DNA from: a virus
IMG/VR virus record: IMGVR_UViG_3300027659_000014
Location: 32,001 to 96,000 of that record
Strand: one strand, 5' to 3'
DNA length: 64,000 nucleotides
Within the stretch, counting starts at the first letter, position 1; every line of letters starts with the position of its first letter. Under the pieces are notes generated by a model, which was not told where the DNA came from, did not search any database, and worked only from the letters and a program-made list of their open reading frames with translations. Shown here one piece after another: positions 1 through 9,362 of this stretch. A program made the position numbers and the translations under genes.

Positions 1-717
1 ATTTCTCATAATATCTGTTGAAAAATTTGTATGAAGACCAGACCCATTCCATTTACCATGTGTAATTGGTTTTGGGTGTAAATCAATGTGGTATGAATAT
101 TTCTCTGAGGTTTTAAAAAGAAAATATCTTGTCATCCAAAGATCATCTCCACTTTTTAATTTTTCTTTAGATAATACTTGGTATTCCCATTGTCCTAACG
201 CAACCTCAGCATTAACTCCTGTAATATCAATTCCATAATTTAAACACATATTTAAATGTTTATCAACAAAATCTCTTCCAACAACATATTGACCAACTCC
301 ACAATAATATTTACCTTGTGGTTCCAAGTTGTTTTGATCATGACCTAAAACGCATTTGTTTTTTTTGTCGTATATAAAGTATTCTTGTTCAAAACCAAAC
401 CAAAGATCTTCAAAACCTTCACCAATACTTGATCTTTTATTTGACTCGTGTGGTGACCCATCAGAATTTAATACCTCACATAAGACATATACGGTTGATT
501 CCATATCTTTAAAATAATGTCTAACAGGTTTTAAAATACAATCTGAACTTCCTGTTTCAGCCTGTAATGTTGAAGACCCATCAAAGTTCCAAATTGGGAA
601 ATTTCCATCAAGAAACGCTTCCTTAATAGATTGATAGTCAACTATTTTTACCTTACTTCTAAGATTTGGTTCTGGTTTATATCCATCTAACCACACATAT
701 TCTAATTTAACTTTCAT
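1..717 (-). CDS. glnII: Glutamine synthetase type II (3' end runs off window)
   Basis: Not in the ORF track; translated by hand from ATG at 717: MKVKLEYVWLDG...WNFDGSST...FGFEQEY...NAEVALGQWEYQ...HPKPITHGKWNGSGLHTNFST, all GSII signature motifs. Confidence 0.93.
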   Translation of the reverse strand, partial: MKVKLEYVWLDGYKPEPNLRSKVKIVDYQSIKEAFLDGNFPIWNFDGSSTLQAETGSSDCILKPVRHYFKDMESTVYVLCEVLNSDGSPHESNKRSSIGEGFEDLWFGFEQEYFIYDKKNKCVLGHDQNNLEPQGKYYCGVGQYVVGRDFVDKHLNMCLNYGIDITGVNAEVALGQWEYQVLSKEKLKSGDDLWMTRYFLFKTSEKYSYHIDLHPKPITHGKWNGSGLHTNFSTDIMRN

Positions 718-725
718 ATACAATT

Positions 726-1508
726 TTAAAAATTTAATTCTTCTTTGTTTTTTTTATAATTTTCAATCATTTGAGTTTGATTAATGTAGGTAATCAATTT
801 TCTTTTAAACAATGGAAGAAGCGTTTCATTTATTGGGAAATTCGCTTCACATAACATTTCATACAAAGGTAATTTTGATATATTATCTTGATTCCATTGA
901 CTAAATGTATTTATAATTTTTGTAATTGTCAAATTATTTTTTTTTTCAGAATAAATTAAATTTACTAATGTTTTACTTTCAGGTGATTTTTTATTTACTT
1001 GTTTAACATTAAATTCCCAAACATAAAACAAATTATCTTTTGAGTCTAAATAATAAAAATATCCTTTTTTTTGTAAAACCTCATTTTTGTTTTTTTTTAT
1101 TCTTAAAATTACACTATCAAACACTATTTCCCAAACAGATTTAGCAATGTTAAAATATTCTAACATTCTTGGAGCACTATATGTTAATATTTTGTTAAAT
1201 TCTTCTTTTTCCTCATTGTTTAATATTGGGATGTCTTTTATTTTTAAATCTTTTACTAATAATTCATCATCTATTGTTGTAAATTTTTTATTAGTATACA
1301 TTATTTTTTTATCTCTGATTAAATTTTGAAGATTTGCCACGTGTAATGACAACTCAATGAATCCAGGATAGAGTTCCATATTATCTAATTTTTCCCCCAT
1401 TTTTTGAAAGTAAGATAATAATTTATACTCTTTGTGTTCTTGATCAATGGGTTTTTCAAACATCCATTCAGTGTTCATTAAAAATTCTATTTTTTTCTTT
1501 TTTTCCAT
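726..1508 (-). CDS. Hypothetical protein (260 aa)
   Basis: Long ORF co-oriented with glnII; upstream TTTACA-N17-TATCTT promoter-like element. Confidence 0.8.
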   Translation of the reverse strand: MEKKKKIEFLMNTEWMFEKPIDQEHKEYKLLSYFQKMGEKLDNMELYPGFIELSLHVANLQNLIRDKKIMYTNKKFTTIDDELLVKDLKIKDIPILNNEEKEEFNKILTYSAPRMLEYFNIAKSVWEIVFDSVILRIKKNKNEVLQKKGYFYYLDSKDNLFYVWEFNVKQVNKKSPESKTLVNLIYSEKKNNLTITKIINTFSQWNQDNISKLPLYEMLCEANFPINETLLPLFKRKLITYINQTQMIENYKKNKEELNF

Positions 1509-1549
1509 TACACATAAAGATAATAATATTATTTCATTCTGTAAAGGTA

Positions 1550-3082
1550 TTAGTCAGTTCTAAATACAATATAGGTATTTGAATTTATATTAACTTCTTG
1601 GTAATCCCCATCATAATGACTTATTACGCTATAGTCAGATTCATCAATTAAGTCACGTAGTAAACTTCTTGTATTAACAAAATTATCATAGTTCATACCA
1701 TAATCATCCAACCAAGATATCGGGTCAGACTCTATCTCATCTCTTTTTTCTTCCATAACTCGTTCAATATCATCATCACTTAAATCTCCATCAGGATTCT
1801 CTTCAATTTCTTCAATTTCAGAATCTATTTCTTCCGCCCTATTCTCAATTTCTTCAATCCTTGATTCATTATCCGATTCATGTTCTCCATCTTCATCTTC
1901 ATCTTCATAAGTTACTGACTCAACCTTTTTATTGTTTTGGTAAATTTGCCATTTATCGTCAGACCATTCAACAACTAATAAATTGTTCATATAATCTTTG
2001 AATTTAAAGTATTTCATACTTTCTATTCCTTCTTCAATAAGAGGAGATCTAGCCCCATTTGAAATTAAATAATTTTCTATCTCAAGAGATTTTTTTTCAT
2101 TTTTAAGGTTTATTATTTCTTGATCTTGTTCTTTACTAGTTTCTTTAGAAATATCATAATCTTCATAATTTTCATAAATATCGTCACGAATCGAATCTTC
2201 AAAATACTCATACACATCTTCACCATCAATGTGATTACTTAGTGTGCTTTTATCAAAATTATTTAAATCATTTACCATATCTTCATAATATTCTTCAATG
2301 GAGTCATCCACCTCACCTTCAGTACCAACAGCATAAGTATTTCCATTTGTATCACCATGAATTGATTTAAATACTGTCATTTTATAGTGAGAATGCCGAT
2401 CTTCGGGAACTAAACCATATTGATCATTATCTTTTTCCTTTAAGGCGTCAATATTTTCTTCTAACTCATCTCTTTCAGTATATAAATCATCTAAAATTTC
2501 ATCATCTTCCTCATTATCAATTTTTTCTTCAAGTTCCACCATTTGTATTTCTAAATCTTCTAATTCTTCACGTTCTCGTCCATCTAAATATCCAATATCA
2601 TTTTGTTGAACCATATAGTCAAAAACTGCGTTTGCCATCTCACTTATTTCATCTGTATTTTTTATATTCCATTCGTCATTTATTCTTCTTTCATTAGCGT
2701 CTTCCCTTTCTTGTTTTAATCTTTTTTTCTCAATTTCATCAGCATATGGTGTCATATGATACGCACCAAGTTTTTCAAATTTTACCCCGTCTAAGTTTTT
2801 TATTCCGGTATAAGGAATATCTAATTGTCCACTTACCGTTAAATCACCTAAACTAGTAATTTGTCTTAAACCATTTAATTTCAAATTACCATTAACTCTT
2901 ATTTTTTTACCTTTAAACATTGGTAATCTTGAAATAACTTTTGCATTAAAATTAACAGATACCAACAATTTATGATATTGTTCCGGGGTAATTTCAAAGT
3001 AATCATTTTCAGATTCTTCAACAATAATATTTTTTATTAAATTTATTAATTTGTTTTCTGTAATTTTTATAATTTTTTTCAT
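1550..3082 (-). CDS. Very acidic protein with N-terminal helical tag and short LRR-like repeats; putative head/internal protein
   Basis: N-term MKKIIKITENKLINLIKNIIVEE; solenoid-like VNGNLKLNGLRQITSLGDLTVSGQLDI; D/E-rich coiled coils; TATTTAT motif 6 nt upstream. Confidence 0.6.
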   Translation of the reverse strand: MKKIIKITENKLINLIKNIIVEESENDYFEITPEQYHKLLVSVNFNAKVISRLPMFKGKKIRVNGNLKLNGLRQITSLGDLTVSGQLDIPYTGIKNLDGVKFEKLGAYHMTPYADEIEKKRLKQEREDANERRINDEWNIKNTDEISEMANAVFDYMVQQNDIGYLDGREREELEDLEIQMVELEEKIDNEEDDEILDDLYTERDELEENIDALKEKDNDQYGLVPEDRHSHYKMTVFKSIHGDTNGNTYAVGTEGEVDDSIEEYYEDMVNDLNNFDKSTLSNHIDGEDVYEYFEDSIRDDIYENYEDYDISKETSKEQDQEIINLKNEKKSLEIENYLISNGARSPLIEEGIESMKYFKFKDYMNNLLVVEWSDDKWQIYQNNKKVESVTYEDEDEDGEHESDNESRIEEIENRAEEIDSEIEEIEENPDGDLSDDDIERVMEEKRDEIESDPISWLDDYGMNYDNFVNTRSLLRDLIDESDYSVISHYDGDYQEVNINSNTYIVFRTD

Positions 3083-3165
3083 TCAATAATAAATATTATA
3101 TTATTTACAAATTTAATAATATTATAATATTTATATATAAATAAACTATATAAAATTAAATTATT

Positions 3166-3306
3166 ATGGGATGCGGATGTAAAAAAAATCAGTCTGAAGC
3201 GGCTCCTCAGCCACAAACACCAGTTCAACCTCAACCACAAACACAAAATGTTACGGTTCAGGAATCTGTTAAAAAAATTGTTGAGAAATATTATAAAAAT
3301 AAATAA
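3166..3306 (+). CDS. Small protein (46 aa) MGCGCKK...
   Basis: Below track cutoff; MGCGCKKNQSEAAPQPQTPVQPQPQTQNVTVQESVKKIVEKYYKNK; TATTTAT at 3128-3134 upstream and a terminator downstream. Confidence 0.8.
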   Translation: MGCGCKKNQSEAAPQPQTPVQPQPQTQNVTVQESVKKIVEKYYKNK

Positions 3307-3329
3307 TAGTCGTTTATAATATTTACTTG

Positions 3330-3358
3330 AGTGGGAAATTAGTTTTCTCACTTTTTTT
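3330..3358 (+). terminator. Rho-independent terminator
   Basis: AGTGGGAAA-TTAGT-TTTCTCACT stem (one G:U, favouring +) followed by a T run. Confidence 0.7.
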
Positions 3359-3376
3359 ATATTTATTAAAAAAAAT

Positions 3377-4498
3377 ATGACGGTAAACAATATTATAGAA
3401 GAATTTAATGATGGTAATTGGGATAAAATATCTTCTATTTTTAATGGAAGAATTTTAACTTTTTTTAGATTTATAAAAGGAAAAAATTTATTAAATAAAA
3501 TAGATATAAATAATATTCCTTCTGATGATTTTAGTAATGAAGTGTTTGATTATTTGGTTGAAAGTGATATAATATCTAATTTAGAATATGATTCTGTTCC
3601 TGAATCGTTTATAAACAATTATTTACTACATGGTTTAGAACATAACTACGATAATACTATTAAGTATATTACAAGCAACCTTTTAACTGATGTTGAAATT
3701 AGACCTGATGGGTTCTATTTATATTTAGGTAAGGATAGAGATGAGTTGGCTTCTTTTTTCTGTGGTTCCTCCCGTCGTGACATTTCTCCTGAAGATGTTG
3801 CAAAACAAATATTTGACGGAGATGGTTTAAGTGACGATTGGTATTTTGATGTTGACACAAAACCATCTGAAGTTATTGACGATTTAGACGAAAAAAATAC
3901 CGCCCATTTAAAAGATGTTATTTTTAAAGAAATTGGTAATGTTGAATTATCTTTAGAAGATTATGATTCTGATTTTTTTGAAATCTTATCAGAAGATCAG
4001 GGAACTGAAGGTTATTTTAAAATTGGACCTGAAGACTTAAATGAATTAATTAAAGATTCCGAGGCAATAAATGAACTATGTAAAAATGATTTGAGTGAGT
4101 TAGGTCAAGAATTACAAAGTGTTTATTGGAACGCATATAATTCTGCTTATCAAAATGAAATATATGAATTAGTATATAATGGTTTAGATGAATACTTTGA
4201 AGGTAAAGTTGATGAATTCCCAAAAGAATATACCATGTCAGATGGTAAAAAACACTCCATATATGTAAATTATATTAAAATTAGAAATTTTGTTGGTGAC
4301 ATTACTTTATTTTTAGAAAACAATAGAGGCCAATCATATTCAGATTCATATTTAGATTATTTTGGTAGTTATACGACTTTGATGAAACAACTAATCTACG
4401 ATGGTGATTTTGAATGTATAGATTTTAGAACTCCTGATTATCCAGATTGGTCTGATATTCAAAAAGAGATAAACGAAAACTTTGGTCATTATATTTAA
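3377..4498 (+). CDS. Acidic hypothetical protein (373 aa)
   Basis: Long ORF, D/E/Y-rich; TATTTAT at 3360-3366. Confidence 0.8.
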   Translation: MTVNNIIEEFNDGNWDKISSIFNGRILTFFRFIKGKNLLNKIDINNIPSDDFSNEVFDYLVESDIISNLEYDSVPESFINNYLLHGLEHNYDNTIKYITSNLLTDVEIRPDGFYLYLGKDRDELASFFCGSSRRDISPEDVAKQIFDGDGLSDDWYFDVDTKPSEVIDDLDEKNTAHLKDVIFKEIGNVELSLEDYDSDFFEILSEDQGTEGYFKIGPEDLNELIKDSEAINELCKNDLSELGQELQSVYWNAYNSAYQNEIYELVYNGLDEYFEGKVDEFPKEYTMSDGKKHSIYVNYIKIRNFVGDITLFLENNRGQSYSDSYLDYFGSYTTLMKQLIYDGDFECIDFRTPDYPDWSDIQKEINENFGHYI

Positions 4499-4522
4499 AT
4501 AAACTTTATATTTAAATAAACT
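4489..4522. repeat. 17-bp perfect tandem duplication TTATATTTAAATAAACT x2
   Basis: 4489-4505 identical to 4506-4522; spans the stop codon of 3377..4498. Confidence 0.8.
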
Positions 4523-4567
4523 ATTTATTTATTCATTTATAATCCATATCAATTGTAAAAAAAAGAT

Positions 4568-5263
4568 ATGAGATTAATTAATAAAAATTCAAAAAGAGGC
4601 ATTGTTAATTTATTTGCCGAATTTATTTTATCTAAAATTGATAAAAATAAAGATTCAATAATACAAGTTTCTGATGTGGGATCTTTTTATGTTGTAAACG
4701 GTATAACCACAAGTGAAATTTTTTTAGATATAAATTTAATAAGAGATGAATTTACAGAAAAATTTAAAGAAATATTAATTGAGTTAAATATTAAATTACT
4801 TAATGTTGTTGACGTTATAAACTATAACCAAAAAATAAGTAACATTGAAACAGGTTGGGTTAAAGTTAATAAAATTCCATTTACACAGGAATATGAACCT
4901 TTAAGTGAAATTTCAATTAATTCTGAGTTTCCATATGGTCATAGTTTAAATTGTGGTAGATTAATGGTTTATTATACTCATTATATGTTTAACCAAGTTT
5001 ACAGTACAATTATGACTGATGAGGTACATTTCTTTTTCACAAAAGAATTAAATGACGATGAAGATTTTAACATTAAAATTTTACCTAAATCAGGTTTAGA
5101 TAAAACCATTATCAAATCTTTAATATTAGACTTATTTGACTTTGATTTAAAAGACTTTAAAACTAAAGTGGAGGGTTATGACCTTATTCAGGACATATTA
5201 GATCCTACGGGAGAAAAACCTTATTTAATTCAAGATAGATTGGAAGATGTTATTATCTTCTAA
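4568..5263 (+). CDS. Shortened, degenerate S-adenosylmethionine synthetase (MetK)-like protein
   Basis: Hydrophobic pattern follows the MetK N-domain (VVNGITTSEIFLDINLIRD vs VAGEITT..VD...IVR) and C-domain (LILDLFDF...EKPYL); GHPDK and GAGDQG motifs absent. Confidence 0.45.
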   Translation: MRLINKNSKRGIVNLFAEFILSKIDKNKDSIIQVSDVGSFYVVNGITTSEIFLDINLIRDEFTEKFKEILIELNIKLLNVVDVINYNQKISNIETGWVKVNKIPFTQEYEPLSEISINSEFPYGHSLNCGRLMVYYTHYMFNQVYSTIMTDEVHFFFTKELNDDEDFNIKILPKSGLDKTIIKSLILDLFDFDLKDFKTKVEGYDLIQDILDPTGEKPYLIQDRLEDVIIF

Positions 5264-5548
5264 TTACCCATTAATAAATTCTTTAATAATTTTTACTCCT
5301 TCATTAATATCTTCAAAATCTCTATCAGGAGCAAATAATCCAGTAATTGGATCATCATCGGGTGACTCTATTAACATAAATGATGGAACATACTCATTGT
5401 TAGTTACCTCAACAAATAAATTATATTCCTCCTCATATTCATGTATATCACGATCAACATACTCAACATTTTCTTTATCCAACATTTCTTTTAACATATG
5501 ACAAAACGGACATTGTTTCATCGTAAATAATACTACAACTTTATCCAT
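5264..5548 (-). CDS. Glutaredoxin/NrdH-like redoxin
   Basis: FTMKQCPFC active site, cis-Pro motif YVP, 94 aa. Confidence 0.85.
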   Translation of the reverse strand: MDKVVVLFTMKQCPFCHMLKEMLDKENVEYVDRDIHEYEEEYNLFVEVTNNEYVPSFMLIESPDDDPITGLFAPDRDFEDINEGVKIIKEFING

Positions 5549-5855
5549 TGATTAATTCTGTTAACATACCTTTTAGATCTTTTTCATTCAACATTCCCAC
5601 TTTTGTTTCAATAACATTCCCCCCATTTATTACTTTAATAGTAGGAATACTTCTAATACCTAATGATGCTCCAACCTCACGATTTAAATCTACGTTCATT
5701 GTAAACATTTGAACATCGGAAGTATTTTCTTTTGATATCATTTCAAAAATAGGTTTCATCATTCGACAAGGTCCACACCATTCCGCCCAAAATTCAATAA
5801 TTAATTTTTCACCTTTATTGATTTTTTCTTGTAATTCTACACTTGTAATTTCCAT
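5541..5855 (-). CDS. trxA: Thioredoxin
   Basis: EFWAEWCGPC active site, GIRSIPT, 104 aa. Confidence 0.95.
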   Translation of the reverse strand: MEITSVELQEKINKGEKLIIEFWAEWCGPCRMMKPIFEMISKENTSDVQMFTMNVDLNREVGASLGIRSIPTIKVINGGNVIETKVGMLNEKDLKGMLTELING

Positions 5856-5881
5856 TTGTTTTATTATTTTAATATTTATTA

Positions 5882-6226
5882 TTAATCAGTTTCTTTTAGT
5901 TTTGATAAATTTTTTATAAAAAACTTAACTTCTTCTAATTGACTTACGTCGTAATAAACTTTTATTTTAAAATTTATCTCAGATAATGTAATCTTTGATA
6001 AATATAAATAGAATCCTGATCTATTTTTAAATATCCCATCGGAGTGTTTAATTTCTCCATTATATTCAAAACTATTAAGATATTCAACTTCAAAGTTTTT
6101 TTTTATTAAGAGTTCAGGTTCTATTGATAAAACACTGTTAACGTTAATTATTGCATATAATTTTTGATGTCTTTCTTTTAGAATATCTAAAAAATTTTTT
6201 TCTTTTGTAAAATATTGTTCTTCCAT
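5882..6226 (-). CDS. Hypothetical protein (114 aa)
   Basis: ORF in the same operon, normal spacing. Confidence 0.7.
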   Translation of the reverse strand: MEEQYFTKEKNFLDILKERHQKLYAIINVNSVLSIEPELLIKKNFEVEYLNSFEYNGEIKHSDGIFKNRSGFYLYLSKITLSEINFKIKVYYDVSQLEEVKFFIKNLSKLKETD

Positions 6227-6232
6227 TATAAA

Positions 6233-6988
6233 TTATAACATTAATTCGGCTGTCTCCCAAAGTTTTGTGTTTAATGTATTTAAAGTAATAATATTTTTTA
6301 ATCCTCTCAATCCTGTTTTACGTCCGGATTGTGATTTATATTCAATTCCACCACGGACAAATTTCTCTTGTACTACATTAAATACTCTCCATAGGTCATC
6401 TCCTTCATCTTCATTACGATTAGGTGTTAACAAGTCAACTAAATCAAGTGTTGAGGGTACTGATCCTGCTGTCCACCTAAGTTTAGATGCTTTTTGAACA
6501 AAATCTATTTTTTCGGACATAGTAAGTTGACGTTCCATCATTCTTCCAACAGACTGTTGAATTATTGGTAATTTTTTTGCAAAACTTTCAGTTAAACTTT
6601 TAACATCGTCAAGTTCAAAATTTTTGTGTCTAAGTTTAAATTGGTCAGCTACTGATGTTGGAACTGTTAATCCATTACTACATACTAATCTGTGAAGTCC
6701 AGAACTCATTGAGAATGAACACATACCATTGTGAGAGTTTCTAATAATCGCCTCAACTAAAGTGTCTCCAACCGATGGAAGTTGTTGATTACGAAACTTT
6801 ACTTCATGTACTGAGTGTATATCCTTACCATTTTGGTTAACTGATGAAATTTCCCACCCTTCTCTTTCAAAATATTCCATAATTTTGTCGGTAGGAACAA
6901 ATTGGTACTTGTTTGTCATTTTTGACGATGGGGATGTTGCAAAAATAGACGGTGCCATTGTTTGAATTAATTCTGTTGTATAGTTCAT
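6233..6988 (-). CDS. DUF932/DUF945 family protein
   Basis: APSIFA, KYQFVPT, NSHNG, RLVCSNGL and LWRVFNVVQE motifs. Confidence 0.88.
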   Translation of the reverse strand: MNYTTELIQTMAPSIFATSPSSKMTNKYQFVPTDKIMEYFEREGWEISSVNQNGKDIHSVHEVKFRNQQLPSVGDTLVEAIIRNSHNGMCSFSMSSGLHRLVCSNGLTVPTSVADQFKLRHKNFELDDVKSLTESFAKKLPIIQQSVGRMMERQLTMSEKIDFVQKASKLRWTAGSVPSTLDLVDLLTPNRNEDEGDDLWRVFNVVQEKFVRGGIEYKSQSGRKTGLRGLKNIITLNTLNTKLWETAELML

Positions 6989-7011
6989 ATTTTTAAATTT
7001 TAATTATACAA

Positions 7012-7019
7012 CAAAGATA
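7012..7019 (-). promoter_or_regulatory. Bacteroidota-type -7 promoter element TATCTTTG
   Basis: Matches TAnnTTTG 23 nt upstream of the DUF932 start; same element at 11463-11470, 20273-20280, 21639-21646, 28705-28712. Confidence 0.65.
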
Positions 7020-7060
7020 GTCTTTTTTTTTTAATCAACAATACTTTTTTTAAAAAAATT

Positions 7061-7357
7061 TTAATTTAAAAATATATTACCAAATTTTGTTTTTAATATA
7101 ATATTTTCAATATTTTTAATATCGTCTTTTTTTTCATTTAAATTGGGGTGTTGAAGTTCAATAACAATATCAATCATTTGTTCTTTAGTTAATATCAAAT
7201 CTTTTTCTTCTTTTACGTTTTTTAAAGATCTCTCCTTCATTTTATTGTAAAAAATTTCTTTTTGTATGTTACCAACTAAGTCTATAAAATCTTTTGGGTT
7301 TTTTTCAAAAAAAGTTATCATTTGACTAATGTAAATTTCAACATCTATATTTTTCAT
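7061..7357 (-). CDS. Hypothetical protein (98 aa)
   Basis: ORF co-oriented with neighbours. Confidence 0.7.
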   Translation of the reverse strand: MKNIDVEIYISQMITFFEKNPKDFIDLVGNIQKEIFYNKMKERSLKNVKEEKDLILTKEQMIDIVIELQHPNLNEKKDDIKNIENIILKTKFGNIFLN

Positions 7358-7367
7358 AAACTATAAG

Positions 7368-9317
7368 TTAAATTGATGTGATTCCTTTGCAATGTTGTTT
7401 CATATTATCGGGGAATTCTACTAAGAAAAAATCTTCATCTATTGTCATATATTTTCGTAAAACTTCCGGAATTATAATATCTGGATTAGATCCCTCAATT
7501 GAAACAAATTCTAAACAGGTTAAATTTACCATTGATTTGGGTAACCTTTCTAACTCAATGTTATTAGTTAAATTTAAAAATGTTAAATTTTTACATTCAC
7601 CAATACTTTCAGGTATACTTTTGATCATATTATCAAGAACCAAAGTATCTAAATTTTTAAATTTACCAATTGATTCTGGTAAATCTAACAGTATTGGGGA
7701 TGATCCTTTATTTTCAATATTAATGAATTCAATATTTTCTGATAGGGATTCAAAAAATTCTTCAAATCCAAACATCACAATAAATTTAGATGGGTCATCT
7801 TTAGGGTACTGTAATATTACTTTGTTATCCGCAAAAATTGTGTTTAGTTCATTTTTATATTTTCGTTTTAAATCTCTAAAATATGGTCTCATTTCTTGAG
7901 ATAATATTACTGCAATATCGTTTTCTGTTACTTCTTTTAAAGTTTTTGTTAGTATTTTTTCTTTTTTCTTAGAAACATAATATGTCATTGCTGCAGGGGC
8001 TAACCTCTTAACCATGTTACCATCTAATTCATTTCCAAGACCAATATATTTTTTTTGTAATTCTTCAGGTAAATTACCAAATATTTCATCACCATTAGTA
8101 ATATGTTTAAAATCAGGACCTCTTAATTCCATCCATAATTCAACCTCATCTACTGATCCTAATTCTTTAACAGGATCAGAGGTTGTAAGATTAAGACTTT
8201 TATATTTGGTTAGTTTTTTTGTGTCTTCATCAGTAAATGGTTTTGGTACAAGATAATCTTCCTTACCTTCAAGACTAGGAACTTTTTGAGTTATTTCTCT
8301 CCAAGATATTTCTTCTCCTCCCGCAAATCGACCGGAATTTGATCTATCCGCTAATTTCATTCTTCCGTACTTATCAACAAGTATAACAACCGCATAATTT
8401 AAATCAGATTCTTCAAGGTTTTTACTAATAACATAATACAATGTTAAGTTTTGATTTAATCTATAATTGTAATAATAATTACTTGATCCTTCCCATGATG
8501 TACACCATCTTCTATCTGGAGCATATTTTTTTCTAATATTAATACACTTATGTTTTTGATCAGGAGCAAAAATTAATATGTTATCATCTTCATATGCAAT
8601 GTCCACGTCACTCACATCAATTTCAGGCATACTATATTCATCTTCTCCAGCCGGAGTATAACCATCAACAATGTGTTCAAATTCATCAAAAGACATAAAT
8701 GAACTTAATTTTGTGTTTAATGGTATTAATAAAAAATTAGTGACAAATCTTTTAACTCTTGGTAGTATAACTGTAAGTGGATCCTCATCAGGAATTTCTT
8801 TTGCGAATTTCTCAGTCATTCTTTTTGTTAATGCATTTTCTCCGTTCTCATTAAATCTATCAAAATATTTTCTAACAAGACTATCAAGTTGTGATGGGTT
8901 TAAATCTGTAACCGGATTTTTAAACGCTTTATCTTCAGGAAACAATGTTTTCAACTCAAAATATTTTTTAATATTTTGTTTTGTTAGTAGTAAATCCGTT
9001 CCTTCGTATTTTGTAACAAATTCTTGAGCAAAACTATCAAGATCTTTTTTAGTTTGTTGTTTTGTGGATTTATCCTTAATTAACTGTTTTAACTTAATAT
9101 AAGTGTGTCTAAAAATATCCTTATCTTCGTTAGCAAAACCACTTTTAAATCTTTCAAAGTCAGAAATAACTTTTTTTATATCATCCTCACTATCGTCTGT
9201 TTCTAATGAAAATTTATCAACTAATCGTTTAATTGTTGATTCAGGATATTCTAATAATATTTTTTGTATATTTAGATTTTCATTAATTATCTTTGACAAA
9301 ATTTTTACTAATTCCAT
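7368..9317 (-). CDS. Leucine-rich-repeat protein with WCTS-motif domain; putative head-packaged protein
   Basis: C-terminal LRRs LPESIGKFKNLDTLVL / IPESIGECKNLTFLNL / LPKSMVNLTCLEFVSI; central RRWCTS...YYYNY; N-term MELVKILSKIINE; TATTTAT motif at 9332-9338. Confidence 0.8.
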   Translation of the reverse strand: MELVKILSKIINENLNIQKILLEYPESTIKRLVDKFSLETDDSEDDIKKVISDFERFKSGFANEDKDIFRHTYIKLKQLIKDKSTKQQTKKDLDSFAQEFVTKYEGTDLLLTKQNIKKYFELKTLFPEDKAFKNPVTDLNPSQLDSLVRKYFDRFNENGENALTKRMTEKFAKEIPDEDPLTVILPRVKRFVTNFLLIPLNTKLSSFMSFDEFEHIVDGYTPAGEDEYSMPEIDVSDVDIAYEDDNILIFAPDQKHKCINIRKKYAPDRRWCTSWEGSSNYYYNYRLNQNLTLYYVISKNLEESDLNYAVVILVDKYGRMKLADRSNSGRFAGGEEISWREITQKVPSLEGKEDYLVPKPFTDEDTKKLTKYKSLNLTTSDPVKELGSVDEVELWMELRGPDFKHITNGDEIFGNLPEELQKKYIGLGNELDGNMVKRLAPAAMTYYVSKKKEKILTKTLKEVTENDIAVILSQEMRPYFRDLKRKYKNELNTIFADNKVILQYPKDDPSKFIVMFGFEEFFESLSENIEFINIENKGSSPILLDLPESIGKFKNLDTLVLDNMIKSIPESIGECKNLTFLNLTNNIELERLPKSMVNLTCLEFVSIEGSNPDIIIPEVLRKYMTIDEDFFLVEFPDNMKQHCKGITSI

Positions 9318-9362
9318 AATATTTTTTTACTATAAATATCATTTAAATAAAAAAAAAACAAA

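Noticed and set aside
3079-3390. 103-aa minus-strand ORF
   Set aside because: Antisense to the better-supported 3166..3306 gene and overlaps its promoter and terminator
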